From an uncultured Clostridia bacterium (GTDB lineage: Bacteria; Bacillota; Clostridia; Christensenellales; UBA1242): a stretch of 64,000 bases of DNA. Below, piece by piece: positions 42,288 to 51,611 of this stretch (position 1 is the stretch's first letter; the number at the start of each line of letters is the position of its first letter). The DNA is taken from NCBI GenBank assembly GCA_944384415.1, contig CALWTF010000005.1:12890-76889 (forward strand). The letters are read 5' to 3'. The position numbers and the translations under genes are program-made. The notes under the pieces are model-generated. The model worked only from the letters and a program-made list of their open reading frames with translations, ran no database searches and had not been told where the DNA came from.

Positions 42288-44024
42288 ATGACAAAAATTA
42301 AAGGTACAAAAAATTTAAGAAAAATGATTCCTTATTTTAAGGGGTGTAAATTTTTAATATTTTTAACTTTTTTGTTACAATTAATATATTTAATTTTTAC
42401 AGCTTTTGAACCATTAATAATTTCGGAAATTATAATAAACCTTACAGAAGGTGTTTATAATAATGCACTATACTATGTTGCTATTTTTTTATGTGTTGCC
42501 ATAATAAAGTCGTTAATGCCAAGTTTTATGACATTAACTTCGAACAGATGGATAAAACAAGGCGCTTGTAATTTAAAAAATGATTTATTTTCAAAAGTTT
42601 TAAGTATTAATAATTTAAAATTAGACACTATTAGAAACAATGAAATAATTTCAAGGTTGGGGAAAAATTGCTACGAAGTTAGCTATACTTATAGAAAATT
42701 AATTACAAATTTAAACTCTTCAATTGCTGGTTGTATATATATTTTTATTGGTTTTTATTATAATTTTTGGATTTCTTTTTACATTTTAATAACTTGTTTA
42801 ATTATTTTAATGTTAAATGTTATTTTTGAAAAAATTAGAATTAAAAAAGATTTAGAATTTGATAACCTTAATGATGTTTATTCAAGCTTTAAAAATGAAG
42901 CAATACGAGGTGTTAAAGATGTAAAGATGCTTGGAATAAAATATAAAGTAATAGAAATGGTTGATAAAAATCAAAGAGATTATTATTCAAAGCAAATTGC
43001 ATTTTATGATAAACACACTTGGTTAATTTTTATTTTAAACTGTGTTTATGCTATTTCTTATGTTGGTTTTTTTGGTATATCTGCTTGGTTTATGATGAAT
43101 AATTGGCTTTCATTAGCAACTTTCGTTGTTTTATTTATGTATATTGGCAAAATAAGGTCATCAGTTTTAAGTTTAAAAGATATAAAAAACGATTTGCTTT
43201 CTGGAGAAAAAAATGCAATCAGAGCATTTGAATTTTTGAATGATTTGGAATATCCTAAGGAAAAATATGGAACTATTAATAAAAATTTAGTAGGTAAAAT
43301 TGAATTTAAAAAGGTATCTTTTTCCTATTCTGATGATAAAAAATTGATAGAAAATTTATCATTTAAAATAAATCCAAACAGTATGATAGCTTTTGTTGGT
43401 GTTAGTGGAATAGGAAAAAGTACTATTATTTCTCTTATTCAAAAAAGTGTTGTAGCAAATTCCGGTGAAATTTTATTAGACGATGTTAATATTAATGATT
43501 TGGATGAAAAATCTTTAGTTAATAGCATTGGTGTGGTTTCACAAACACCTTACATATTTAATTTAACTATAAAAGAAAATTTAAAACTAGTAAAACCCGA
43601 TGCTACAGATGAGGAAATAGAGAAAATATGTGAAAAAGTTCAATTATCTGAATATATAAAATCATTACCAGATGGTTATGATTCACTTTTGGGTGAAAAT
43701 GGAATATATTTATCCGGTGGACAAAAACAAAGATTGGCTATTGCAAGAGTTTTATTAAAAGATAGTAAAATTTTATTGTTTGATGAAGCTACTAGTGCTT
43801 TGGATAATGAAACCCAAGAAAAAATTAAACAAGTTTTAAATTCTTTAAGAGAAAATCATACCATTATTATTGTAGCTCACAGATTATCAACTATTGTTGA
43901 TTGTGATAAAATATTCTTTTTATCTGAAAATGGGGTAGAGGCCGAAGGTTCTCATAACGAATTATTACAAAAGTATAAGCCATATAAAAAATTATATAAA
44001 TTAGAAACAGAAAATGATAATTAA
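42288..44024 (+). CDS. ABC exporter, fused permease/ATPase (MsbA/type I exporter family)
   Basis: Six-TM ABC_membrane half followed by Walker A GVSGIGKST, signature LSGGQKQRLAIAR and Walker B ILLFDEATSALD. Confidence 0.88.
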   Translation: MTKIKGTKNLRKMIPYFKGCKFLIFLTFLLQLIYLIFTAFEPLIISEIIINLTEGVYNNALYYVAIFLCVAIIKSLMPSFMTLTSNRWIKQGACNLKNDLFSKVLSINNLKLDTIRNNEIISRLGKNCYEVSYTYRKLITNLNSSIAGCIYIFIGFYYNFWISFYILITCLIILMLNVIFEKIRIKKDLEFDNLNDVYSSFKNEAIRGVKDVKMLGIKYKVIEMVDKNQRDYYSKQIAFYDKHTWLIFILNCVYAISYVGFFGISAWFMMNNWLSLATFVVLFMYIGKIRSSVLSLKDIKNDLLSGEKNAIRAFEFLNDLEYPKEKYGTINKNLVGKIEFKKVSFSYSDDKKLIENLSFKINPNSMIAFVGVSGIGKSTIISLIQKSVVANSGEILLDDVNINDLDEKSLVNSIGVVSQTPYIFNLTIKENLKLVKPDATDEEIEKICEKVQLSEYIKSLPDGYDSLLGENGIYLSGGQKQRLAIARVLLKDSKILLFDEATSALDNETQEKIKQVLNSLRENHTIIIVAHRLSTIVDCDKIFFLSENGVEAEGSHNELLQKYKPYKKLYKLETENDN

Positions 44025-44053
44025 AAACACCACTTTATAATTTTTAAATTATT

Positions 44054-44083
44054 AAAAGGAACCTTATAATGTTCCTTTTTTTC
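44054..44083 (+). terminator. Rho-independent terminator after the ABC exporter
   Basis: aaaggaac-cttataat-gttccttt followed by a T-run. Confidence 0.7.
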
Positions 44084-44134
44084 TTTAATTAAAATGATAA
44101 AATTATTTTTATTTTTGTTTATTTTACTTTTTAC

Positions 44135-44163
44135 TTGAATTTTTATACAAAGTGGTTTATAAT
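44135..44163 (+). promoter_or_regulatory. Sigma-A-type promoter of the aspS operon
   Basis: TTGAAT (44135-44140), 17-nt spacer, TATAAT (44158-44163). Confidence 0.55.
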
Positions 44164-44204
44164 AACATTTATGTATATATTTCTAGATTTAAGGAGTCGG
44201 TATT

Positions 44205-45953
44205 ATGGAAAACAAATTTCGCACACAAATGTGCGGTCAGATTGATAAAACTTTTGTGGGAAAATCAATAAAATTAGCTGGTTGGGTTGATACAATTCGT
44301 GACCACGGTGGCATTACTTTTGTTGATTTGCGTGATCAAAACGGTTTAGTTCAATTGGTTGTTAACGATAAATTTTTAACAGGTGTATCTCGTGAAACTG
44401 TAATAACAGTTCAAGGTAAAGTTCGTTTGCGTGGAGAAGAAAATGTTAACCCAAAACTTGCAACAGGTGAAGTCGAAGTTGTTGTTGAAAATCTTGATGT
44501 ACTTGGACCTGTTCTTGCACCTTTACCTTTTGAAATTGGTGAAAGTAAAAAAATTCGTGAAGATGTAAGATTAAAATATAGATTTTTAGATTTAAGAAAT
44601 CCACAGGTTTATAACAATATTATTTTTAGAAGTAAGTTTAACAGTTTTTGTAGGAAAGAAATGGAAAAGTTGGGCTTTGTTGAAATAGCAACCCCAATTT
44701 TAACAGCTTCTTCTCCTGAAGGTGCTCGTGATTTTATTGTTCCAAGTCGTTTGCACCCTGGGAAATTTTACGCTTTACCGCAAGCTCCTCAAATATTTAA
44801 GCAGTTGTTAATGGTTGGTGGCTTTGATAAGTATTTCCAAATTGCGCCTTGTTTCCGTGATGAAGATGCTCGTGCAGATAGAACAGCAGGTGAATTTTAT
44901 CAACTTGATATGGAAATGAGTTTTGCAACACAAGATGATTTATTCGCTGTTGGGGAAGAAGTGTTTTATAATATTTTTACTAAATTTAGTAATAAAACTG
45001 TATCAAAAGCACCTTTTAAAAGAATACCATATACTGAAAGTTTGGAAAAATACGGAACTGATAAACCAGATTTGCGTAACCCTCTTATTATAAAAGATGT
45101 TACTGAAGTTTTCGCAAATACAAATTTCAATGCATTTAAAGGTAGTACAGTGAAAGCTGTTTGTGTTGATAATTTAGCAGGGCAACCTCGTTCTTTTTAT
45201 GATAATTTAACTAATTTTATGGTTGAAAACGGAAGTAAAGGTTTGGCCTGGATAAAAGTTGAACAAGATATGGTATTTAACAGTCCTATCGCTAAATTTT
45301 TAACAGAACAAGAACAAAAATCTTTAACAACTATTTTAGATGCTAAAGTTGGAAGTTCAATATTTATGCTTGCTGGTAAACCAGCTATAACAACTAAACT
45401 TGCAGGAATTTTGCGTAAAGAATTAGGTGAACGATTAAATCTTTGTGACCCTAATAAATTTGAACTTTGTTGGATTGTTGATTTCCCATTGTTTGAACTT
45501 GATAGTGAAAATAAATTAGATTTTGCACATAATCCATTTTCAATGCCAAGAGGTGGTTTAAAAGCGTTACAAGAAGAAGACCCTCTTTCAATTTATTGTA
45601 ATCAATTTGATTTGGTTGGTAATGGGGTTGAATTATTATCTGGTGCAGAAAGAAATAATGACCCAAACATTTTATTTAAAGTTTTTGATTTGGCGGGATA
45701 CCCTCACAGTGAAGTTGAAAAACGATTTCCTGCGCTTGCTACTGCATTTAAGTATGGAGCACCACCACACTGTGGAATGGCTTTAGGTATTGATAGAGTT
45801 ATTATGCTTTTGCTTGATGAACCTAATGTTCGTGAAGTTATTGCGTTTCCACTTAACAAGTCAGCATATGACCCACTTATGAATGCACCGAATGAAGTTA
45901 CAAATAAACAACTAGATGAAGTTCATATAAAAACGGTTATAGATGACGAGTAA
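44205..45953 (+). CDS. aspS: Aspartate--tRNA ligase
   Basis: 582 aa. Has an OB-fold N-terminus (GWVDTIRDHGGITFVDLRD), class II motifs (FRDEDARADR; GGMALGIDRVIML) and the bacterial insertion domain. Confidence 0.95.
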   Translation: MENKFRTQMCGQIDKTFVGKSIKLAGWVDTIRDHGGITFVDLRDQNGLVQLVVNDKFLTGVSRETVITVQGKVRLRGEENVNPKLATGEVEVVVENLDVLGPVLAPLPFEIGESKKIREDVRLKYRFLDLRNPQVYNNIIFRSKFNSFCRKEMEKLGFVEIATPILTASSPEGARDFIVPSRLHPGKFYALPQAPQIFKQLLMVGGFDKYFQIAPCFRDEDARADRTAGEFYQLDMEMSFATQDDLFAVGEEVFYNIFTKFSNKTVSKAPFKRIPYTESLEKYGTDKPDLRNPLIIKDVTEVFANTNFNAFKGSTVKAVCVDNLAGQPRSFYDNLTNFMVENGSKGLAWIKVEQDMVFNSPIAKFLTEQEQKSLTTILDAKVGSSIFMLAGKPAITTKLAGILRKELGERLNLCDPNKFELCWIVDFPLFELDSENKLDFAHNPFSMPRGGLKALQEEDPLSIYCNQFDLVGNGVELLSGAERNNDPNILFKVFDLAGYPHSEVEKRFPALATAFKYGAPPHCGMALGIDRVIMLLLDEPNVREVIAFPLNKSAYDPLMNAPNEVTNKQLDEVHIKTVIDDE

Positions 45954-45976
45954 TACATTAATTTAGGAGTGTTAAT

Positions 45977-47572
45977 ATGATTAACATAACAGGTTTAGAG
46001 TTATCCTTTGGTGGAACGGCTTTATTTAAAGATGTTAATTTAAAATTTACGCCAGGAAATTGTTATGGTGTTATAGGCGCAAATGGTGCAGGAAAGTCAA
46101 CTTTCCTGCGTCTTTTATCGGGAGAACTTGATGTATCCAAGGGATTTATAGAAATTCCACCTAAATTGCGTATGTCAGTTTTAAAACAAGACCACTTTCA
46201 GTTTGACCAATTTACTGTTATGGATACAGTAATAATGGGAAATAAAAAATTATATGAAATAATGAAAGAAAAAGAAGCCTTATATGCAAAACCAGATTTC
46301 AGCGAAGAAGATGGTATTAAGGCTGCCGATTTAGAAGCTGAGTTTGCAGAAATGAATGGTTGGGATGCCGAAATGGAAGCTGCTAAATTGTTGAACGGAT
46401 TGGAAATTGAAGATAAGTTTCACTATTCTTATATGAAAGATTTGAATGGTTCACAAAAGGTAAAAGTTATGCTTGCTCAGGCTTTGTTTGGAAATCCAGA
46501 TATTTTGTTATTAGATGAACCTACTAACCATATGGATGAAAAAAGCGTGGGCTGGTTAGAAGACTTTTTGCTTGATTATGCAGGAACTGTTATTGTTGTT
46601 TCACACGATAGACATTTTTTAAACACTGTTTGCACTCATATTGTTGATATTGATTATGGAAAAATAACAATGTGGGTTGGTAATTATGATTTTTGGTATG
46701 AAAGCAGTCAATTAATGCAACAATTAACAAAACAACAAAATAAAAAGAAAGAAGAAAAAATTGCTGAATTAAAAGAATTTATTCGAAGGTTTGGGGCTAA
46801 AAAAAGTTTAGCTAAACAAGCAACAAGTCGTAAAAAAATGTTGGAAAAAATTCAAATTGAAGAAATGCCTGCTTCAAACAGAAAATATCCTTATGTAAAT
46901 TTTAAGTTTGAAAAAGAATTAGGAAAAGAAATTTTACAAGTGGATAATTTAACAGTGGTTGAAGATGGGAAAATATTGCTTGATAATATTAGTTTTAGAC
47001 TTAATCGTGAAGATAAAGTTGCAATTTTGGGTGATAATGAATTATCTATAACTGCATTATTTAAAGTTTTAGCTGGCGAGTTATTACCACAATCTGGAGA
47101 AATAAAATGGGGGTTAAGTGTTATCCCAACATATCTACCAAAAGATAAAAGTGCATATTTTACAAACAATATGCGAATTGTAGATTGGTTAGCTCAGTAT
47201 AGCAAAGAAAAAGATAACACATATTTGCGTGGCTTTTTAGGAAGAATGTTGTTTTCAGGTGATGATGCAAATAAAGAAGTACGAGTACTTTCAGGTGGTG
47301 AAAAGGTTAGATGTATGTTATCTCGTATGATGGTGCAAGGTGGAAATGTTATTATGCTTGACCAACCAACAAATCATCTTGATTTGGAAAGTATTACTGC
47401 TGTAAATAATGGGTTATTAGATTTTAAAGGCGTGGTATTATTTTCATCACACGACCACGAATTATTACAATCTGTTTCAAATAGAATTTTTGAAATTAAA
47501 AATGGAAAGCTATTTGATAATATGATGACATATGATGAGTTTTTAGAAAAAAGAATAAAAAGCAATAATTAA
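45977..47572 (+). CDS. ABC-F family ATPase (two ABC cassettes, no TM domain)
   Basis: Two Walker A sites, one a degenerate variant (GANGAGKST; second cassette LGDNELSIT), two signatures (LNGSQKVKVMLA; LSGGEKVRCML) and a K/E-rich inter-domain linker. Confidence 0.88.
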   Translation: MINITGLELSFGGTALFKDVNLKFTPGNCYGVIGANGAGKSTFLRLLSGELDVSKGFIEIPPKLRMSVLKQDHFQFDQFTVMDTVIMGNKKLYEIMKEKEALYAKPDFSEEDGIKAADLEAEFAEMNGWDAEMEAAKLLNGLEIEDKFHYSYMKDLNGSQKVKVMLAQALFGNPDILLLDEPTNHMDEKSVGWLEDFLLDYAGTVIVVSHDRHFLNTVCTHIVDIDYGKITMWVGNYDFWYESSQLMQQLTKQQNKKKEEKIAELKEFIRRFGAKKSLAKQATSRKKMLEKIQIEEMPASNRKYPYVNFKFEKELGKEILQVDNLTVVEDGKILLDNISFRLNREDKVAILGDNELSITALFKVLAGELLPQSGEIKWGLSVIPTYLPKDKSAYFTNNMRIVDWLAQYSKEKDNTYLRGFLGRMLFSGDDANKEVRVLSGGEKVRCMLSRMMVQGGNVIMLDQPTNHLDLESITAVNNGLLDFKGVVLFSSHDHELLQSVSNRIFEIKNGKLFDNMMTYDEFLEKRIKSNN

Positions 47573-47617
47573 GTAGCATCAATTAATTTTATAACATATA
47601 GGTATTTAGGTGATATT

Positions 47618-49051
47618 ATGAAAATTTATAATACTTTAACACGACAAAAAGAAACTTTTGTACCAGTAAATGAGGGAAAAGTTAATATGTATGTTTGTGG
47701 AGTAACAGTTTATATGCCACTTCATATGGGGCATTTGCGGGCTTTTGTACCTTATGATATTATGGTTGAGTATTTTAAAAATTTTAAACATTACGAAGTT
47801 TTTTATGTACGCAATATAACTGATGTTGGTTCAGTTGTTGGTGATGCCGATGAGGGTGAGGATAAAATAGAATTAAAAGCTGCTGAAGAGCATTTGCACC
47901 CTCTTGAATTGGTTGACCGCAACATTAAGGGTATGTGGGAAGGTTTAGATGCGATAAGATGTGCTAGACCAAACATCAGTCCTAGGGCAACAGGGCATAT
48001 AGTTGAAATAATTGAAGCAGTTCAAAAAATGATAGAAAATGGTTTTGCTTATGAAGTTAATGGAGATGTTTTTTGCGATGTATCTAAAATAAAAAACTAT
48101 GGAATTTTAAGTGGAAATACGCTTGAAAAACTTGAAGCAGGTGCAAGACTACAGGTTGATGAAAGAAAACATAATCCAAATGATTTTGCAATTTGGAAAA
48201 AAGCAAAACCAAACAGTGTTTTAAAATGGAATAGCCCTTGGGGTGTTGGTTACCCTGGTTGGCATATTGAATGTTCTGTTATGAGCACTAAATATTTAGG
48301 AAAAACTTTTGATATTCATGGTGGTTCTCGTGAATTGCAATTTCCACATCATGAAAATGAAATAGCTCAAAGTTGTGGATTAGGCAATCCAAATCCAGTA
48401 AAATATTGGGTTCATTCGGGATTGTTAAACATTGATGGTGTTAAAATGAGTAAATCATTAAATAACTTTATTACGGCTGAAGATGCAATAAAAAAATGGG
48501 GTTCTCAATTGCTTCGTTGGGTATTTGTTAATATGCATTACAGTGCCACAGTTAATATTTCTGACGATTTAATTACATCGTCTGAATCAGGTTTAAAAAG
48601 AATTGAAAATTTCTTTTACAATTTGAATAAAAATATTGGAGATGGTTACAATTCTGATTTGTCAAATTTATTCAGTGAAATGTGTAAAAATTTTGAACAA
48701 GAAATGGATGATGATTTTAACACCCCTAATGCTATTACTTCTATTTACGAATTTATTAAACAAGCAAACTTAATTTTACCAACCAAATGTTATAACATTG
48801 ATAATGTAAATGAAATAACTAATTTTTTCAAAAAAATTGACACAGTTTTTAAATGTTTTGATTTTTTATATAATTCTGAACAAGAAGAGAATGGTATAAA
48901 ATGTAAAATAGAGGAACTAATGGCTGAGAGAAATAAATATCGTAAAGAAAAAAATTTTATAAAAGCTGATGAGTTAAAAGCTAAAATTATACAACTTGGC
49001 GCAGAAGTTTTTGACAATAAAGATGGTACAAGTACTTATAGAATAAAATAG
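47618..49051 (+). CDS. cysS: Cysteine--tRNA ligase
   Basis: YVCGVTVY..HMGHLR (HIGH variant), WHIECS, FPHHENE, KMSKS. The DxDEGEDK insertion is known from a CysRS subgroup. Confidence 0.93.
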   Translation: MKIYNTLTRQKETFVPVNEGKVNMYVCGVTVYMPLHMGHLRAFVPYDIMVEYFKNFKHYEVFYVRNITDVGSVVGDADEGEDKIELKAAEEHLHPLELVDRNIKGMWEGLDAIRCARPNISPRATGHIVEIIEAVQKMIENGFAYEVNGDVFCDVSKIKNYGILSGNTLEKLEAGARLQVDERKHNPNDFAIWKKAKPNSVLKWNSPWGVGYPGWHIECSVMSTKYLGKTFDIHGGSRELQFPHHENEIAQSCGLGNPNPVKYWVHSGLLNIDGVKMSKSLNNFITAEDAIKKWGSQLLRWVFVNMHYSATVNISDDLITSSESGLKRIENFFYNLNKNIGDGYNSDLSNLFSEMCKNFEQEMDDDFNTPNAITSIYEFIKQANLILPTKCYNIDNVNEITNFFKKIDTVFKCFDFLYNSEQEENGIKCKIEELMAERNKYRKEKNFIKADELKAKIIQLGAEVFDNKDGTSTYRIK

Positions 49052-49062
49052 TGAGGTTATGA

Positions 49063-49719
49063 ATGGAAAGAAGAAAAATAGTTTCGGTTATTGGATCTGC
49101 TGCTTGTTTTTATGAAGAATGTTCAGAAGAAGACCGCTTTAAATGGGAAAAGGCATATGAATTAGGTCGTGTTTTAGTTGACAATAATTTCCGTGTTATG
49201 ACTGGTGGTGGTCGTGGTGTTATGCGTGCGGTTATGGCAGGTGCTCATTCTAGCAAAAATTACAAGGAAGGTGATACAATTGCTATTATACCAAGTTATG
49301 ACCATAACGACAGTAATGATTTTGCTGATATTGTAATACCAACAGGAATAGATTTTTATCGTGATACTATTATAGCAAATAGTGAAATTGTTGTTGCAGT
49401 TGGGGGCGGAGCTGGAACCTTGAATGAATTGAGTGCTGCGTGGAAGTTTGGTAGATTGTGTATAGCATATGATAATGTTGGTGGTTGGAGTGAAAAACTT
49501 GCAGGATTAGCTTTAGATAGTAAACAAATTTATGAAGGAGTGGATAATAAAGTTTTTCCTGCAAAATGTGGACAAGATGTTATTGATTTAATCAATAAAT
49601 ATATATCTAAATTTAATAAATGTTTTAAATGCATTGGTTTTGATTCTCCTGTTTGGGTTGAAAAACAAAAAAGCCGATGGATAGGCCCTGTTATAACGGA
49701 TAAGGTTAACAGAATTTAA
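49063..49719 (+). CDS. TIGR00725/LOG-like Rossmann-fold protein
   Basis: TGGGRGVMRAVMAGA ... VAVGGGAGTLNELSAAW pattern of the LOG/SLOG (lysine-decarboxylase-like) superfamily. Confidence 0.65.
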   Translation: MERRKIVSVIGSAACFYEECSEEDRFKWEKAYELGRVLVDNNFRVMTGGGRGVMRAVMAGAHSSKNYKEGDTIAIIPSYDHNDSNDFADIVIPTGIDFYRDTIIANSEIVVAVGGGAGTLNELSAAWKFGRLCIAYDNVGGWSEKLAGLALDSKQIYEGVDNKVFPAKCGQDVIDLINKYISKFNKCFKCIGFDSPVWVEKQKSRWIGPVITDKVNRI

Positions 49720-49741
49720 AGAAGCGGAAGCTTCTTTTTTA
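49718..49741 (+). terminator. Rho-independent terminator of the aspS-cysS operon
   Basis: agaagc-ggaa-gcttct followed by tttttt. Confidence 0.65.
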
Positions 49742-49777
49742 TGTTTAAATAATATATTTTTGTTAACAATTTAATAT

Positions 49778-50242
49778 ATGAAGAAAATATTTTTAGTAAT
49801 TTTTTTGTCAATTTTATTATGTTTTAACATTCAAAATTCGCAATTAAATTTTTTTGCAACAAATTTTGAAGGCAAATATGTTTTTTATACATCTCAAATT
49901 TTAAATGATGAAAATGTTTCCGTTGAAAAAAGTGGAATGGGTTATGTTTTAACTTGTAGCACTAAATATGCAACTAAAATTAAAAGCAAATTAAACATTA
50001 ATTTAATAAAAGGTGAAAGTTTTTCATTTTTAGGTGTTAAAAGTGAAGTTGAAAACTTAATAAAACGATTTAATATAAAAGTTTTGAATAAAGAAGTTTT
50101 AGATGAAATTTTAGTTATTGATGGTTACAGTTCAAAATTTGGTGAATTTGTTTGTACAAGTTGTGGAAATGTAAATATACAAATAGCATTCAACAAAGGT
50201 ACAATAACTGTTGGTACTCCTTTGATTTTAGGAAGTTTTTAA
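49778..50242 (+). CDS. Secreted hypothetical protein (154 aa), possibly YwmB/DUF1779-like
   Basis: N-terminal signal-like segment MKKIFLVIFLSILLCF. The C-terminal NIQIAFNKGTITVGTPLILGSF is reminiscent of the YwmB family C-terminus, from memory only. Confidence 0.4.
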   Translation: MKKIFLVIFLSILLCFNIQNSQLNFFATNFEGKYVFYTSQILNDENVSVEKSGMGYVLTCSTKYATKIKSKLNINLIKGESFSFLGVKSEVENLIKRFNIKVLNKEVLDEILVIDGYSSKFGEFVCTSCGNVNIQIAFNKGTITVGTPLILGSF

Positions 50243-50305
50243 AAAAATTATTTTTTATGTTTAAAAATTTTTAAATTGTTAATGATTTAAACAAAGGAGG
50301 TTGCA

Positions 50306-50893
50306 ATGTCAGTAAAAAGTTCAAAATTTGTTACAGCGTTAAAAAAATATGGTTATTGGATAATTTTAGGTGTCACATTAGGTGTTTTATTTTTAGTAAT
50401 AGGTTTAACAAGTGCATTTGCTAGTGAGAAAACTCCTGCAAAAGATGATACTTCATTTGTAGTAAATGACCCAATAACTTTTGTAAACCCAGTTTTAACT
50501 GTTGATGTTTCAAAAAATTATTCAAATTCAGCTTTACAATATAGTGCAACATTAAAACAGTGGGAAGCGCATAAAGCAATTGATTTTTCTGCCGAGGAAG
50601 GAACTGATGTGTTTGCTGTTAAAGATGGAAAAATAATTGAAGTAAGTTACAATTATTTAATGGGTAATACTGTTAAACTTGATGTTGGAAATAATTTGAT
50701 AGTTGTTTATTCATCTTTGCAAAATGATGTTCCAGTTAAAGAAGGTGATGTTGTAAAACAAGGCGATGTTATAGGAAAAGTTGGAACAACCGCAAAAAGT
50801 GAAGCTAGTGATGGACCTCATCTTCATCTTGAAACTTGGTTAGATGGTGTAAATGTTGACCCAAACTTGTATTTAGATTTGGGCGAGAAATAG
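50306..50893 (+). CDS. Membrane-anchored M23 (LytM) peptidase, candidate SpoIIQ
   Basis: One N-terminal TM helix (YWIILGVTLGVLFLVIGLTSAF). M23 motifs HKAIDFSAEEGTDVFAVKDG and GPHLHLE are present, so the zinc ligands are intact. Size, topology and proximity to spoIIID fit clostridial SpoIIQ. Confidence 0.6.
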   Translation: MSVKSSKFVTALKKYGYWIILGVTLGVLFLVIGLTSAFASEKTPAKDDTSFVVNDPITFVNPVLTVDVSKNYSNSALQYSATLKQWEAHKAIDFSAEEGTDVFAVKDGKIIEVSYNYLMGNTVKLDVGNNLIVVYSSLQNDVPVKEGDVVKQGDVIGKVGTTAKSEASDGPHLHLETWLDGVNVDPNLYLDLGEK

Positions 50894-50923
50894 AAAAACT
50901 GCTTATTACAAGCAGTTTTTTTA
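50894..50923 (+). terminator. Rho-independent terminator
   Basis: aaaaactgctt-attac-aagcagttttt. Confidence 0.8.
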
Positions 50924-50995
50924 CAACAAAATTGCTTTACAAAAACACAAAAAGATGATAAAATAACTTTCGTCATTAATAAAGGAGAGTGTTTT

Positions 50996-51229
50996 ATGAT
51001 TTTTGAAAAAATACAAGAATTATTAGCTAGTCAAATGAACCTAGATAAATCTAAAATTACTATGGAAACAAATATTATAGAAGATTTAAAAGCAGATTCA
51101 CTTGATGTTGTTGAAATGTTGATTTCTTTGGAAGATGAATTTGGTATCAGTTTGCCTGATGAAGATGCAAAAAAACTTACAACAGTTGGTAAATTGGTTG
51201 AATATATTGAAGAAAAACAAAAAAAGTAA
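50996..51229 (+). CDS. acpP: Acyl carrier protein
   Basis: 77 aa with phosphopantetheine site LKADSLDVVEM and the typical four-helix ACP length. Confidence 0.88.
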   Translation: MIFEKIQELLASQMNLDKSKITMETNIIEDLKADSLDVVEMLISLEDEFGISLPDEDAKKLTTVGKLVEYIEEKQKK

Positions 51230-51235
51230 TAACTT

Positions 51236-51264
51236 AAAAAACAGTTCAGATGAACTGTTTTTTA
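51236..51264. terminator. Bidirectional terminator between acpP and spoIIID
   Basis: aaaaa-acagttc-agat-gaactgt-ttttt. It overlaps the spoIIID stop codon. Confidence 0.75.
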
Positions 51265-51518
51265 TTTGTTATTTTTTTTAATTTTAACCATCGTTCTTTA
51301 GTGCTTTTACCTCCGCGAATGTGTTTTAAATTTTTATTTAAGTCTAATAATTTTTGAACCTTGCTTCCAAGTTTTTTATTAATTTTAGGAAGTTTTTTAT
51401 GCAGATAATTATGAACAGTGCTTTTAGATATATTAAAATAAACTGCTGTTTTTCTAACAGTGCTTTTATTTTTTAAAAAATAATTAGCAATTTCTATACA
51501 TAAATTTTTATTTGACAT
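51246..51518 (-). CDS. spoIIID: Sporulation transcriptional regulator SpoIIID
   Basis: 90 aa. ...STVRKTAVYFNISKSTVHNYLHKKLPKIN...LKHIRGGKSTKERW follows the SpoIIID HTH and C-terminal basic region. Confidence 0.88.
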   Translation of the reverse strand: MSNKNLCIEIANYFLKNKSTVRKTAVYFNISKSTVHNYLHKKLPKINKKLGSKVQKLLDLNKNLKHIRGGKSTKERWLKLKKITNKKQFI

Positions 51519-51611
51519 AACCGCCCCTTTTGTCTTTTATGTTATATTTATTCAAAATAAAAACGAGTTATGTCGATAAAATAAAGAAATAAAAAAATCA
51601 AATAATCAATT

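Noticed and set aside
42288-44024. ABC exporter as a dedicated secretion system (T1SS-like) for the giant proteins
   Set aside because: Both giant proteins carry Sec-type N-terminal signals (a lipobox and a signal anchor). No MFP or outer-membrane component is present or expected in a Gram-positive. The exporter is separated from the operon by the ATPase gene and by very AT-rich intergenic regions with no evidence of coupling. A generic MsbA-like exporter is the simpler reading.
18300-44200. tRNA-Arg-linked genomic island or prophage
   Set aside because: There is no integrase, recombinase, transposase or phage gene. No direct repeat of the tRNA 3' end was found in the candidate right-hand junctions (39610-39781, 42128-42287, 44025-44204). 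Codon and AT character look like the flanks by eye. The idea is kept only as a low-interest note.
44025-44204. T-box riboswitch upstream of aspS (and at 47573-47617 upstream of cysS)
   Set aside because: After the upstream terminator and the promoter, too little sequence remains for a T-box leader of roughly 200 nt or more. I saw no T-box consensus (AGGGUGGNACCGCG-like) and no terminator/antiterminator pair.
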